Source: Candidatus Nanohaloarchaea archaeon (lineage in GTDB: Archaea > Nanohalarchaeota > Nanosalinia > Nanosalinales > Nanosalinaceae). Taken from it: a stretch of 64,000 nucleotides of DNA. The notes beneath the pieces were generated by a model that was not told where the DNA came from, searched no databases, and saw nothing but the letters and a program-made list of their open reading frames with translations. The stretch spans positions 4,716-68,715 of the forward strand of contig JBDGRK010000005.1 in assembly GCA_042218075.1 (NCBI GenBank), written 5' to 3'. Position 1 is the stretch's first letter. Every line of letters starts with the position of its first letter. Shown here piece after piece: positions 48,393-57,207 of the stretch. The position numbers and the translations under genes were made by a program.

Positions 48393-49021
48393 ATCAAGTA
48401 GAGCAGAGAAATGTAGACGACCTTGCGAAAAAACTCAGGAATAAAGCGGCCCTCTACTGCGATCTTTTCAAGATAGCCTACGGTCTTGAAGAAGATCCTG
48501 AGTTGATAAATGCCTATGTTGAGAAAGGCTGGGATTACGAGGTTTTGAAGCCAAGAATCGAGAATCTACTGGAAGAAACTGAAGATATTCTACCGGAGAC
48601 GAGAAATAATTATAGTAACAGAGAAGAGGAGCTTTACAGATTTTTCAGAAGGAAGGGAAAACCTAGATTTTCTAAAGAGTGTAAAAACTGGAGAAAACAT
48701 CATTCCGAAGCAGAGTTAGTGGATAACCAGAGAGATTCGGATACTCTTGATTACGGGCCTTTAATCAGGGCCCGGGCAACAGTAATCACCTTCGCTATGG
48801 AAGCTGCAAAATGGGATGAAGATCACTATGAATGGATACCTGATATAGAAGAGGATGATGACACTGAAATTATTGAGGAAACCGTTGACACGATTGATGG
48901 AGAAGTAGAACCTGCAACAGTTGCATCGCATCGATCAGAATCCCTCCCGCAAGAAAGTTCTGCAGCTTACATATTTCCGGGAATTGACCAGAACATAATT
49001 CTGGAACCGGAAAAGGATTAG
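48389..49021 (+). CDS. Hypothetical protein
   Basis: 210-aa ORF coupled (ATGA) to the YbaK gene. Confidence 0.65.
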   Translation: MNQVEQRNVDDLAKKLRNKAALYCDLFKIAYGLEEDPELINAYVEKGWDYEVLKPRIENLLEETEDILPETRNNYSNREEELYRFFRRKGKPRFSKECKNWRKHHSEAELVDNQRDSDTLDYGPLIRARATVITFAMEAAKWDEDHYEWIPDIEEDDDTEIIEETVDTIDGEVEPATVASHRSESLPQESSAAYIFPGIDQNIILEPEKD

Positions 49022-49042
49022 AGATTTAAGTTTAAGTTATCC

Positions 49043-49120
49043 AAGTTTAAATGATCACCAATGAAAGGTGGACGTTTTTACACCGGAGCATTTTGAAAAT
49101 GACTTAAAACCTTCTAGCTT
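49043..49120 (+). repeat. 78-nt structured element, copy 1 (upstream of tyrS)
   Basis: Aligns with 50226-50304 (29 of the first 37 nt identical without gaps, hand count). Confidence 0.8.
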
Positions 49121-49173
49121 TAGCTCCAGCTTATTAAGTTCCCGCCCCGAATCTCTCTGCATGGTGGTTCTGA

Positions 49174-50196
49174 ATGGATAGAGAGAACAGGAAAGAGTTT
49201 GTCCTCAGGAATACTGCAGAGTTTGTGAAGGAGGAGGAACTGGATGAGGTGCTGGATAAAGATGAACCCCGCGCCTACGTTGGATACGAGACTTCTGGGC
49301 CCGCCCACCTGGGACACTGGATCTCGGTGAGAAAGATGCTGGACCTTCAGAAGGCTGGCTTTCAGCCTGTTATACTCTGGGCGGATCTCCACACATACCT
49401 GAACAAGAAAGGGGAGGAGGAATGGATCGAGGATATGATGGAGTACTGGCAGGCCACCTTCGAGGCACTGGGACTTGAGGCAGAATACACTAAAGGAAGG
49501 AGTTTCGAGGAAAAAACAGAGTATTTCCACGACGTACTGGAGATGGCGAAAGAGACCACGATTAACAGGGGGACTCGATCAATGTCGGAAGTTGCAAGAG
49601 ACGATGAAAACCCTTACATCTCCCAGATAATTTACCCTCTGATGCAGTGCCTGGACATAGAATATCTCGACCTTGACCTGGCGGTCGCGGGCATCGACCA
49701 GAGAAAGATTCACATGCTGGCGAGAGAGAAACTCCCAAAGCTCGGCTACAGGAAGCCTACCTGCCTCCACTGGCCGATGCTGGCTTCACTTTCAGGAACG
49801 GGAGACAAGATGTCGTCCAGCAAGAAAGATACAATGTTCCCTCTGCACGCCGACCCCGATCACATTAGAGAAATTATAGAGGAAGGCTACTGTCCGCAGG
49901 GAGAGGTTGAGGACAATCCTATCATCGAGATAGCAAAGTACTTCATCTTCGGAGCTGATCGAGAGCTAAAGATAGAGAGAAAGGAGGAGTACGGTGGAGA
50001 CATTCACTACGAGGATTTCGAGGCTATGGCTGAAGACTTCGAATCCGGAGATCTACACCCTCTAGACCTGAAGGAAGCTGTAGCTGACGAAGTGGTGGAA
50101 AGGTTTGAGCCGGTGAGGCAGCGATTCAGAGAAGAGCCTGAGCTGCTTGATCCACTGGAAGAGATAGGTCACGAGAGACCCGGATATCTCCAGTGA
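49174..50196 (+). CDS. tyrS: Tyrosine--tRNA ligase
   Basis: YVGYETSG.AHLGH, YPLMQ..D, DQRKIH, KMSSS. Confidence 0.97.
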   Translation: MDRENRKEFVLRNTAEFVKEEELDEVLDKDEPRAYVGYETSGPAHLGHWISVRKMLDLQKAGFQPVILWADLHTYLNKKGEEEWIEDMMEYWQATFEALGLEAEYTKGRSFEEKTEYFHDVLEMAKETTINRGTRSMSEVARDDENPYISQIIYPLMQCLDIEYLDLDLAVAGIDQRKIHMLAREKLPKLGYRKPTCLHWPMLASLSGTGDKMSSSKKDTMFPLHADPDHIREIIEEGYCPQGEVEDNPIIEIAKYFIFGADRELKIERKEEYGGDIHYEDFEAMAEDFESGDLHPLDLKEAVADEVVERFEPVRQRFREEPELLDPLEEIGHERPGYLQ

Positions 50197-50225
50197 TCAC
50201 CCATTATTTTTATTTCTTCCAGAGA

Positions 50226-50304
50226 AAGCTAGAACGATCCGCAATGAAGGGTGGACGCTTTTCCGGTCGGAAGGTTTTCGAATGAACCAAAACCTGTTCT
50301 AGTT
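50226..50304 (+). repeat. Structured element, copy 2 (upstream of serS)
   Basis: 9-bp closing stem AGCTAGAAC/GTTCTAGTT enclosing three hairpins. Confidence 0.8.
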
Positions 50305-50329
50305 AAAGCTTTCTTCCAAAGTGGTTGGT

Positions 50330-51595
50330 ATGCTTGATATAGATCTTTTCAGGCAGAATCCCGAGGAGATCAGAGAATCACAGAGAAAAAGAGGTGAAGA
50401 TCCTGAAAAAGTAGATGAAGTTGTCGAAGTGGATAGAGAATGGAGAGAGAAGCTCCAGGAGCTGGAATCTCTGCAGCAGGAGAGAAATACTGTTGGAGAT
50501 GAAATTGCTGAAGCAAAACAGAAAGGGAAAGACGCCTCTGAAAAGATCGAAAGGATGCAGCAGCTGAAACAAAAGATAGATGAACTGGAGGATGAGGTAA
50601 AGCAGCTTAAGGAAAGACGTGACAACTTGAGATACCAGATTGGAAACTTGCTGCATGAATCAGTTCCCGAAGGAGAAGGAGAGGAAGACAATCCTGAAGT
50701 CAGGAGCTGGGAGCCTGAAGGAGGAAGAAAGGAGGATTCGAAGCTGGCAGCCCACATTATGGAAGAGCAGAATTTGCTTTCCTCGGAGAAAGCGACTGAG
50801 GTGGGCGGAGAAAGAGCCTATTACCTATCACCAAAACTGATACAGCTTAGTCAGGCACTGATAAACTTCTCTATAGATTTCCTAGAGGAAAGAGGTTTCG
50901 GTGTATACCAGACTCCCTACATGCTGGAGGAAGAATCGATCTCAGCCGCAGTCGATCTTGAAACATTCGAAGAACAGCTTTACCAGGTGAATGAAAACGA
51001 TCGATACCTGATAGGGACCGCGGAGCACGCACTCGCCGCAAAGTACCAGAACGAAGTGATAGAAGAAGAACTTCCCCTCAAACTCGGAGGTTTCTCAACC
51101 AACTTCAGGAGGGAAGCCGGGAAGCACGGCCAGCAGACAAGAGGTCTATGGCGAGTACACCAGTTCGAGAAGGTGGAGCAGTTCGTGTTCTGCAAGCCAG
51201 AAAACCACCTTGATATTCTTGAAGAGACTCTATCCAATGCCGAGGATATAATGAAGCAGCTTGGTCTGCCGTACAGGGTGGTTGATATTTGTGACGGCGA
51301 TATTTCCAACAAGACTTTCAAACAGTACGATATAGAGGTCTGGAGGCCTCCACTTGGAGAGTACGGAGAAGTAGGAAGCTACGGTTCGTGCACAGGCTAC
51401 CAGTCCAGGGAATTTAACACACAGTTCAGAGAGGGAGGCAACAGAAAGACACCCTACACTGTATATGCCACTGGATTAGTACCTCAGAGGATTATTACAG
51501 CTATATTCGAGAACAATCAGGAAGAGGAAGGCATAAAGATTCCAGAACCTCTAAGAGATTACATGGGAGGCAAGGAGTACATCAGGCTGGAATAA
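50330..51595 (+). CDS. serS: Serine--tRNA ligase
   Basis: MLDI, coiled-coil arm, LIGTAE, FRREAG, GLWRVHQFEKVE, YDIEVW. Confidence 0.97.
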   Translation: MLDIDLFRQNPEEIRESQRKRGEDPEKVDEVVEVDREWREKLQELESLQQERNTVGDEIAEAKQKGKDASEKIERMQQLKQKIDELEDEVKQLKERRDNLRYQIGNLLHESVPEGEGEEDNPEVRSWEPEGGRKEDSKLAAHIMEEQNLLSSEKATEVGGERAYYLSPKLIQLSQALINFSIDFLEERGFGVYQTPYMLEEESISAAVDLETFEEQLYQVNENDRYLIGTAEHALAAKYQNEVIEEELPLKLGGFSTNFRREAGKHGQQTRGLWRVHQFEKVEQFVFCKPENHLDILEETLSNAEDIMKQLGLPYRVVDICDGDISNKTFKQYDIEVWRPPLGEYGEVGSYGSCTGYQSREFNTQFREGGNRKTPYTVYATGLVPQRIITAIFENNQEEEGIKIPEPLRDYMGGKEYIRLE

Positions 51596-51649
51596 TCCAA
51601 AGATCTTTTGAGTGAGGAAGCAGAATTAACTAGCGAGGTGAACTCTTTG

Positions 51650-51859
51650 ATGGGTGTAATGGATGCTCTTTCAGAGCTGGTTGAGAGCGTAGTGGCTTTC
51701 GTAGTGATGATTCTGCTTGGAGTTGTCTCCTTCTTCGTGACAGTATTCGTCGTGGATGCAGGAGCAGCACTGGCAGGTTATTCTCCAAGCGCCGACTTTA
51801 CAGTGCTCTCGGCCTCTCTAATAGTGGTTGCGTCGATCCTCGCAGGATCGATGCGGTAA
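51650..51859 (+). CDS. Small two-TM membrane protein
   Basis: FFVTVFVVDAGA.LAGY...DF.VLSA pattern; GAGGTGA SD before ATG 51650. Confidence 0.75.
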   Translation: MGVMDALSELVESVVAFVVMILLGVVSFFVTVFVVDAGAALAGYSPSADFTVLSASLIVVASILAGSMR

Positions 51860-51874
51860 ATTTCTCCTTTCTTT

Positions 51875-52789
51875 TTATCTTTCTACCCTGTGCCGCCAGT
51901 CAGAATACTTCTCTCCTTTTCCACTTACAACTTCCATGAACTCCGACTGTATTTCTTCCGTTACAGGACCTCTTCCATCAGAAATCTGCTTTCCATCTAT
52001 TTCTCTAATAGGAGTGACCTCTGCCGCAGTACCTGTAAAGAATGTCTCGTCCGACCTGATAAGCTGGTCACGCGTCATCCTCTTCTCCTTCACGGCGTAA
52101 CCCAGGTCTTCGGCTATCTGCCTGACTGAATCCATCGTAATTCCTTCTAGAACAGAGGAAGCGGGCGGTGTTAAAAGCTCTCCATTTCTTACAGCGAAAA
52201 GGTTCTCTCCTGAGCCCTCGGCTACGTATCCTTCGGGAGTAAGCATTATCGCCTCATCCATTCCATTTCTTATGGCCTCCTGCTTCGCCATCACCGAGTT
52301 AACATAGTTTCCGTTAGCTTTTGCCTTCGTCGGCATAACGTTTGGGTGATGCCGGTTCCATGAAGCAGTCTGGACCTCGACCCCGTTCTTCAGTGCTTCC
52401 TCTCCCAGGTAAGCTCCCCAGGGCCAGACCGCTATCGAAACCTTGACAGGATTATCATTCGGGTTCAGACCCATAGGTCCGTACCCCCTGAAGGCGACAG
52501 GCCTGACGTAACATGACTTGAGTTCATTTTCAAGTATTATCTTTTCCGTGGCATTTACCAGCTCCTGTTTGGAGTAGTCAAGATTCATTCCGGTTATCTT
52601 CGCAGAGTCGAGGAACCTCTCCATGTGGGAGTCAAGCCTGAAAACCGCGGGCACGCCATCGTTCTCATACGCCCTTATTCCCTCGAATACTCCTGTACCG
52701 TAGTGCAGGGCGTGAGTCAGAACGTGTACATTCGCGTTTTCCCATTCAACCATCTCGCCGTCCATCCAGATGTAGTCAACAGGCTCCAT
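51875..52789 (-). CDS. ilvE: Branched-chain amino acid aminotransferase
   Basis: HALHYGTGVFEGIRAY, KA.GNY, EGSGEN, LEGIT, GTAAE. Confidence 0.96.
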   Translation of the reverse strand: MEPVDYIWMDGEMVEWENANVHVLTHALHYGTGVFEGIRAYENDGVPAVFRLDSHMERFLDSAKITGMNLDYSKQELVNATEKIILENELKSCYVRPVAFRGYGPMGLNPNDNPVKVSIAVWPWGAYLGEEALKNGVEVQTASWNRHHPNVMPTKAKANGNYVNSVMAKQEAIRNGMDEAIMLTPEGYVAEGSGENLFAVRNGELLTPPASSVLEGITMDSVRQIAEDLGYAVKEKRMTRDQLIRSDETFFTGTAAEVTPIREIDGKQISDGRGPVTEEIQSEFMEVVSGKGEKYSDWRHRVER

Positions 52790-52867
52790 GTAAATTCTCC
52801 AGGCACTAAAATTCTTAATTTTAACCAGAGCCCTGAAATAGAAGAAGAGATTAGGATAGTAGAAAAC

Positions 52868-53254
52868 CTATTCCAGTTTACTACCAACAAGGCCTTCCTT
52901 CTCCTCTAAAAATTCGGCTTCGGCTCTCATTGCTCTCTCTGTCACATCTGAAGTTTGCTCATACTCTGATCCTCCATCAGTTTCCAACTGTGGCTTGTAG
53001 AAATCCTCTCCATCTCTGCGAACAGTACGAAGCTCGACATCTTCACCATGGTGTTCCCGTGCCTTTTCTTCACTCCGGTACAATCTAACTCCCGGAACTC
53101 CTCCATCAGGTATCAATCCCTCTTCCATTCTTCCATCTCTCTTGGCAACTTTATGTCTCCTTGGAAATGCGCCTCTACACATATCTCGGGAATCAGTATA
53201 ATTATCTCTAAATTGATTGGCCTGAATCTCCTCAGTAGGCATCGGCATCTCCAT
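52868..53254 (-). CDS. Acidic hypothetical protein with DFxKP..TDGG motif (cassette A)
   Basis: 128-aa ORF, GAGGT SD; motif shared with 58822..59196. Confidence 0.7.
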   Translation of the reverse strand: MEMPMPTEEIQANQFRDNYTDSRDMCRGAFPRRHKVAKRDGRMEEGLIPDGGVPGVRLYRSEEKAREHHGEDVELRTVRRDGEDFYKPQLETDGGSEYEQTSDVTERAMRAEAEFLEEKEGLVGSKLE

Positions 53255-53256
53255 CT

Positions 53257-53328
53257 CTAACCTCTGTAGAGTTTTCCCCTGGATTTTGAAATTTTGCTGA
53301 ATGCTGTGTTATGGTAGTTTTTTTTCAT
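53257..53328 (-). CDS. 23-aa leader micro-ORF (MKKNYHNTAFSKISKSRGKLYRG)
   Basis: AGGTG SD 7 nt upstream; stop lies 2 nt before the next ATG. Confidence 0.5.
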   Translation of the reverse strand: MKKNYHNTAFSKISKSRGKLYRG

Positions 53329-53361
53329 GTTGAAACACCTTTGACGAATGAAGATGATCTA

Positions 53362-53473
53362 ATGCGGCACGAGCACCGCAATCGAGAAACTCTGCCAGCC
53401 CACGGAAAGGTCATACCTTTCGGTATAGTCGGAAACCTTTTCCGTCAATAATTCAGCTGGCATGAACTCTCAC
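53362..53473 (-). ncRNA. Structured leader RNA with GAAA tetraloop
   Basis: Nested stems TGCCAGC/GCTGGCA, ACGGAAAAGGT/ACCTTTCCGT and ATACC-GAAA-GGTAT, plus hairpin TGCGG/CCGCA; begins about 24 nt after TTTATAAA (53497-53504). Confidence 0.65.
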
Positions 53474-53554
53474 AACCGAAAGTATAGAATCAATGATTTA
53501 TAAACATTCTCTACCTCACGACTCTAAAAGTCTTAGGTTTCATCTTAACCTAGT

Positions 53555-56500
53555 ATGGAAACCACGGTGATGATCGGGGAGAAGCCGAAAGTGGCATCGC
53601 GACTGGCTAACGCCCTTGGAGATTATTCTGTAGAAGAGAACAGAGGCGTAAAGAACTACGTGATGGAGACAGAAAACAGAGAGATAATCATAGCGCCGGC
53701 GGTTGGCCATATATTCAACCTGGAGCAGACGGAGGAAGGCTGGGATTACCCTGTATTCGACGTGGAGTGGAAACCAATATTCGAGACACAGGACGGAGCG
53801 AACTATGTAAAGAAATACTTCAATAACCTGAGAGATCAACTGGAGAAAGCAGACTCCTACATCAACGCCTGCGACTTCGATGTAGAAGGCGCGACTATAG
53901 GCGGGGTCATACTCAAGGAAATAGCCGAGGCCGAAAATCAGGAGATAGAAAGAATGAAGTTCTCCACGCTGACTCCCTCAGATCTACAGGATGCGTTCGA
54001 CAACCTTGAAGAGTTCGACCACGGAATGACTGAGGCGGGCATCACCCGCCATGTGCTCGACTTCTACTACGGCATCAATGTTTCTCGCGCCTTGATGAAA
54101 GCCGTGAGAAGCAACGACCGCTACAAGACACTATCCACCGGAAGAGTGCAGGGTCCGACCCTGAAGATACTGGCGGAGCGCGAAAGAGAGATAAAGGAGT
54201 TTGAGCCGGAGCCTTACTGGGAGCTCTATCTGATACACGAAGAGTTTGAAGCCCAGTGGGAGGACGAAGAGGACAGGATATGGAAGGAAGAGGTAGCGGA
54301 CAGGATTTTCTCGAAAATCAAAGGAGAGGAAAGGGCAAGAGTTTCAAACATCAAGGTAAACAACTACAAGCACAACCCTCCAATCCCGTTCAACCTGACA
54401 GGACTCCAGAGCGAAGCATCCTCACAGTTCAACCTTTCACCCAAGGCAACGCAGTCGATATCACAGGATCTCTACGAAGAAGGTCTGATCTCGTATCCTA
54501 GAACAGAGTCGCAGAAACTTCCGCCGAAGATAGGTTATAAGAACATCCTCAACAAGCTGAAGAAAAAGAAAGACGATTATAAGGAGAAAGCGGAGAAAGT
54601 TCTGGAGAAGGATAAAAACGATAATCTATACACCACGCAGGGGAAGAAGGAAGATGATGCCCACCCCGCGATATATCCAACGGGAGAGGGATCGACCTCC
54701 AGCCTTTCAAAGAGGGAGAAGCAGGTCTACGACCTGATAGTCAAGCGTTTCTTCGCAGTGTTTGGAAAAACCGCGAAGAGAAAGTCGCTGACGATGACCC
54801 TGAGTGTAAAGGAGGAGGATTTCAAGGCCAAGTCGAAGGTAACGGTGGAGAGAAACTGGTACGACCTCTACGAACCCTATGTGAAGGTGGATGAGGCAGA
54901 ACTTCCCGACCTTGAAGAGGGAGATGTGCTGGATGTAGAAGAGTTCCGGAAGGAGGAGAAGGAGACCCAGCCCCCGAACCGCTACTCTCAATCCAAGATC
55001 GTCAATAAACTTGAAAAGAGAGAGCTGGGAACCAAGTGTCTAACTGAGGAAGAGAAAATAATCGTCAGGGATGGAGATAGTATCGATAGAGTCCCGGTTT
55101 CGGAACTACTTGGAAATCAAAATCGGAATGAAGGCCAGATACAGATTACAAGTTCGAATAAAGATCTGCAAGTAATAGGTTACAACTCAAACTTTGAGAA
55201 AAGTGGCTTTTCAGCCATAAGTAGAAGAAAATTGGAGGAGGATGAAAAAGTTGTAGAATTAAAATTGAGAGATTCTTCGACAATTAATGTAACTTCAAAT
55301 CATCCTGTACTAGTACTTGAGGATGGAGAAGCAGTCTATCGGGAAGCTGGGAAAGTTGATAAAGGAGATAGATTAATCAGATCTCACAGAGCGGATGTTG
55401 GATCAGTTAATCAGATAGGATTTGAAGAATTTATCCAGAAACTGGACAGAAAATCATCTCTCTACGGCGACTGCAAATTCAGGAAAGAGAGAGAAAGACT
55501 TGGTCTCTCCCAGAAGAATATGGCGGATAGATTGGAAACTCCCAGATCCACTCTGAGCAAGGTGGAAAATAGAAAGCATGGTCTGCTGAGATACTGGAAG
55601 AAAGCAAACCTTGAAGAACCAGATTATATCTCTAGTGAGAACTTTGAGTTAAAAATTCCAAATCCTTTCCCGATTAAAATCTCTCCGGCGTTTATGCGAT
55701 TGGTAGGGATGCTAGAAGGGGACGGCTCACTAGATATTGAGGGAAAGAAAAAAGAGAACAAGCTTGATTTCCGTTATCATAATACTGAGAAGGAGCTGGT
55801 TAACCAGTTCCGCAGAGATGTAGAATCAATCTTTAGATTCAGACCTGAGATAAAATGTGAACCGCCAAGCACAGGCGACCTGGATCGTTATTACGTTCGG
55901 TTACCAGCTGTCATTGGTAGGATTATGTCAATTATTACTGAAAATCTATCTCGAAAATGGATAATGAAGCAGGATAGAGGGAGCCATTACGTGGGTGCGC
56001 TACTAGCGGATGAAGGACATGTATCAAATTCAGAACCTAAAATATTCATCTCCAATACTGATAAAGGTATACTTCAAAACTGCAGTGAAATACTTCTTTC
56101 TAAAGGGATAGACTCGAAAATAAATATGTCGCAGAAAAAAATCTATATCAGAGGCCGTAGAAATCTGGAAAAATTCCTAGAAGAAATACCTATATTTTCT
56201 ACCAGAAAACATCAGGCGCTAATAGACCTCCTGGAGAGACACTACAAATTTGGGGGAGAGGAGTCCAGTTTGATGAAACAGAAAAAGATTCTGAGCAAAG
56301 TACAGGAAAAACCGAGGACACTGAAGGATATATCGGAAGGACTTGAAATGTCGGAATCCGCGGTAAAGCATCAACTCTACAATCTAAGAGACAAGGGATA
56401 CGTCGAGAAGAAGATAGAGGGAATCTCAGAAAGACCCAGGAAAATCATATTGTATGAATCAACGGAACCTATATCCGAAACATTCTTCAGCGAACTTGAT

Positions 56501-57202
56501 GAGAAGGCATTTGGAGAGGCTCATACGGCAGAAGTTGGTTCCGTAAATGAAGTAAAATATAGCGGTTATGTCTACGATATATTAGATACAGAGAATAATA
56601 ACTTTATTCTTGACAACAGAACAGTTGTCCACAACTCTACCAGGGCACAGACCGTGGATAGACTCTACGACCGGAACTATATTGAAAACCAGCCGATAGA
56701 GGTCACTGACCTGGGACTTGTGATAGTCGAGACACTGGAAGAATACTCCCCCGACCTTGTCTCAGAAGAGCTGACCAGAGAGTTCGAGAAGAAGATGGAA
56801 TCCATCCGGCAGGAGAAAGAGTCCCGGGAAGAAGTTCTGGACGAAGCCCAGGACAAGCTTATCGAGACTCTGACAGGTTTCCGGGAACACCAGAAGGAGA
56901 TTGGGAAGAAGCTGGTGGAGACTATAGACCAGGAAAGGCAGAGGAGGAGACAGCTCGGTCCATGCGATCAATGTGAGGACGGCACACTGAGGATGATAAA
57001 GAAGGGCGGTTCAAGGTTCGTCGGCTGTTCAAACTACCCTGACTGCGAGAACACCTATCCCCTGCCGAACAACGGCGACATAGAGTCTACCGATGAGATA
57101 TGTGATGAATGCAACACGCCGAAGATTTTCGTGGATAGAGATAAAGGAAAGAACTACAAAATGTGTATTAAAGTCTCATGTCCTACTAAAGACAACTGGT
57201 AA
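53555..57202 (+). CDS. topA: DNA topoisomerase IA (intein-containing precursor)
   Basis: EKP, GHI, ACDFDVEG, GRVQ, ISYPRT, DAHPAI, LGTK|STR, C-terminal Zn ribbons. Confidence 0.97.
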   Translation: METTVMIGEKPKVASRLANALGDYSVEENRGVKNYVMETENREIIIAPAVGHIFNLEQTEEGWDYPVFDVEWKPIFETQDGANYVKKYFNNLRDQLEKADSYINACDFDVEGATIGGVILKEIAEAENQEIERMKFSTLTPSDLQDAFDNLEEFDHGMTEAGITRHVLDFYYGINVSRALMKAVRSNDRYKTLSTGRVQGPTLKILAEREREIKEFEPEPYWELYLIHEEFEAQWEDEEDRIWKEEVADRIFSKIKGEERARVSNIKVNNYKHNPPIPFNLTGLQSEASSQFNLSPKATQSISQDLYEEGLISYPRTESQKLPPKIGYKNILNKLKKKKDDYKEKAEKVLEKDKNDNLYTTQGKKEDDAHPAIYPTGEGSTSSLSKREKQVYDLIVKRFFAVFGKTAKRKSLTMTLSVKEEDFKAKSKVTVERNWYDLYEPYVKVDEAELPDLEEGDVLDVEEFRKEEKETQPPNRYSQSKIVNKLEKRELGTKCLTEEEKIIVRDGDSIDRVPVSELLGNQNRNEGQIQITSSNKDLQVIGYNSNFEKSGFSAISRRKLEEDEKVVELKLRDSSTINVTSNHPVLVLEDGEAVYREAGKVDKGDRLIRSHRADVGSVNQIGFEEFIQKLDRKSSLYGDCKFRKERERLGLSQKNMADRLETPRSTLSKVENRKHGLLRYWKKANLEEPDYISSENFELKIPNPFPIKISPAFMRLVGMLEGDGSLDIEGKKKENKLDFRYHNTEKELVNQFRRDVESIFRFRPEIKCEPPSTGDLDRYYVRLPAVIGRIMSIITENLSRKWIMKQDRGSHYVGALLADEGHVSNSEPKIFISNTDKGILQNCSEILLSKGIDSKINMSQKKIYIRGRRNLEKFLEEIPIFSTRKHQALIDLLERHYKFGGEESSLMKQKKILSKVQEKPRTLKDISEGLEMSESAVKHQLYNLRDKGYVEKKIEGISERPRKIILYESTEPISETFFSELDEKAFGEAHTAEVGSVNEVKYSGYVYDILDTENNNFILDNRTVVHNSTRAQTVDRLYDRNYIENQPIEVTDLGLVIVETLEEYSPDLVSEELTREFEKKMESIRQEKESREEVLDEAQDKLIETLTGFREHQKEIGKKLVETIDQERQRRRQLGPCDQCEDGTLRMIKKGGSRFVGCSNYPDCENTYPLPNNGDIESTDEICDECNTPKIFVDRDKGKNYKMCIKVSCPTKDNW
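55037..56635 (+). mobile_element. 533-aa intein with LAGLIDADG homing endonuclease and two HTH domains
   Basis: Starts CLTEEE, block B VTSNHPVL, LVGMLEGDG and YVGALLADEG, block F VYDI, ends VVHN|S; more AT-rich than the exteins. Confidence 0.95.
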
Positions 57203-57207
57203 ATACT

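Noticed and set aside
49059-49116. C/D box sRNA or tRNA gene reading of the twin elements
   Set aside because: No proper RTGATGA/CTGA boxes, no TTC T-loop and no U33.
50243-50280. Canonical T-box riboswitch before serS/tyrS
   Set aside because: The bulge would be UGGACGC rather than UGGNACC, N=A does not complement the Ser (G73) or Tyr (A73) discriminators, and there is no room for Stem I or a terminator. Kept only as an unexplained element.
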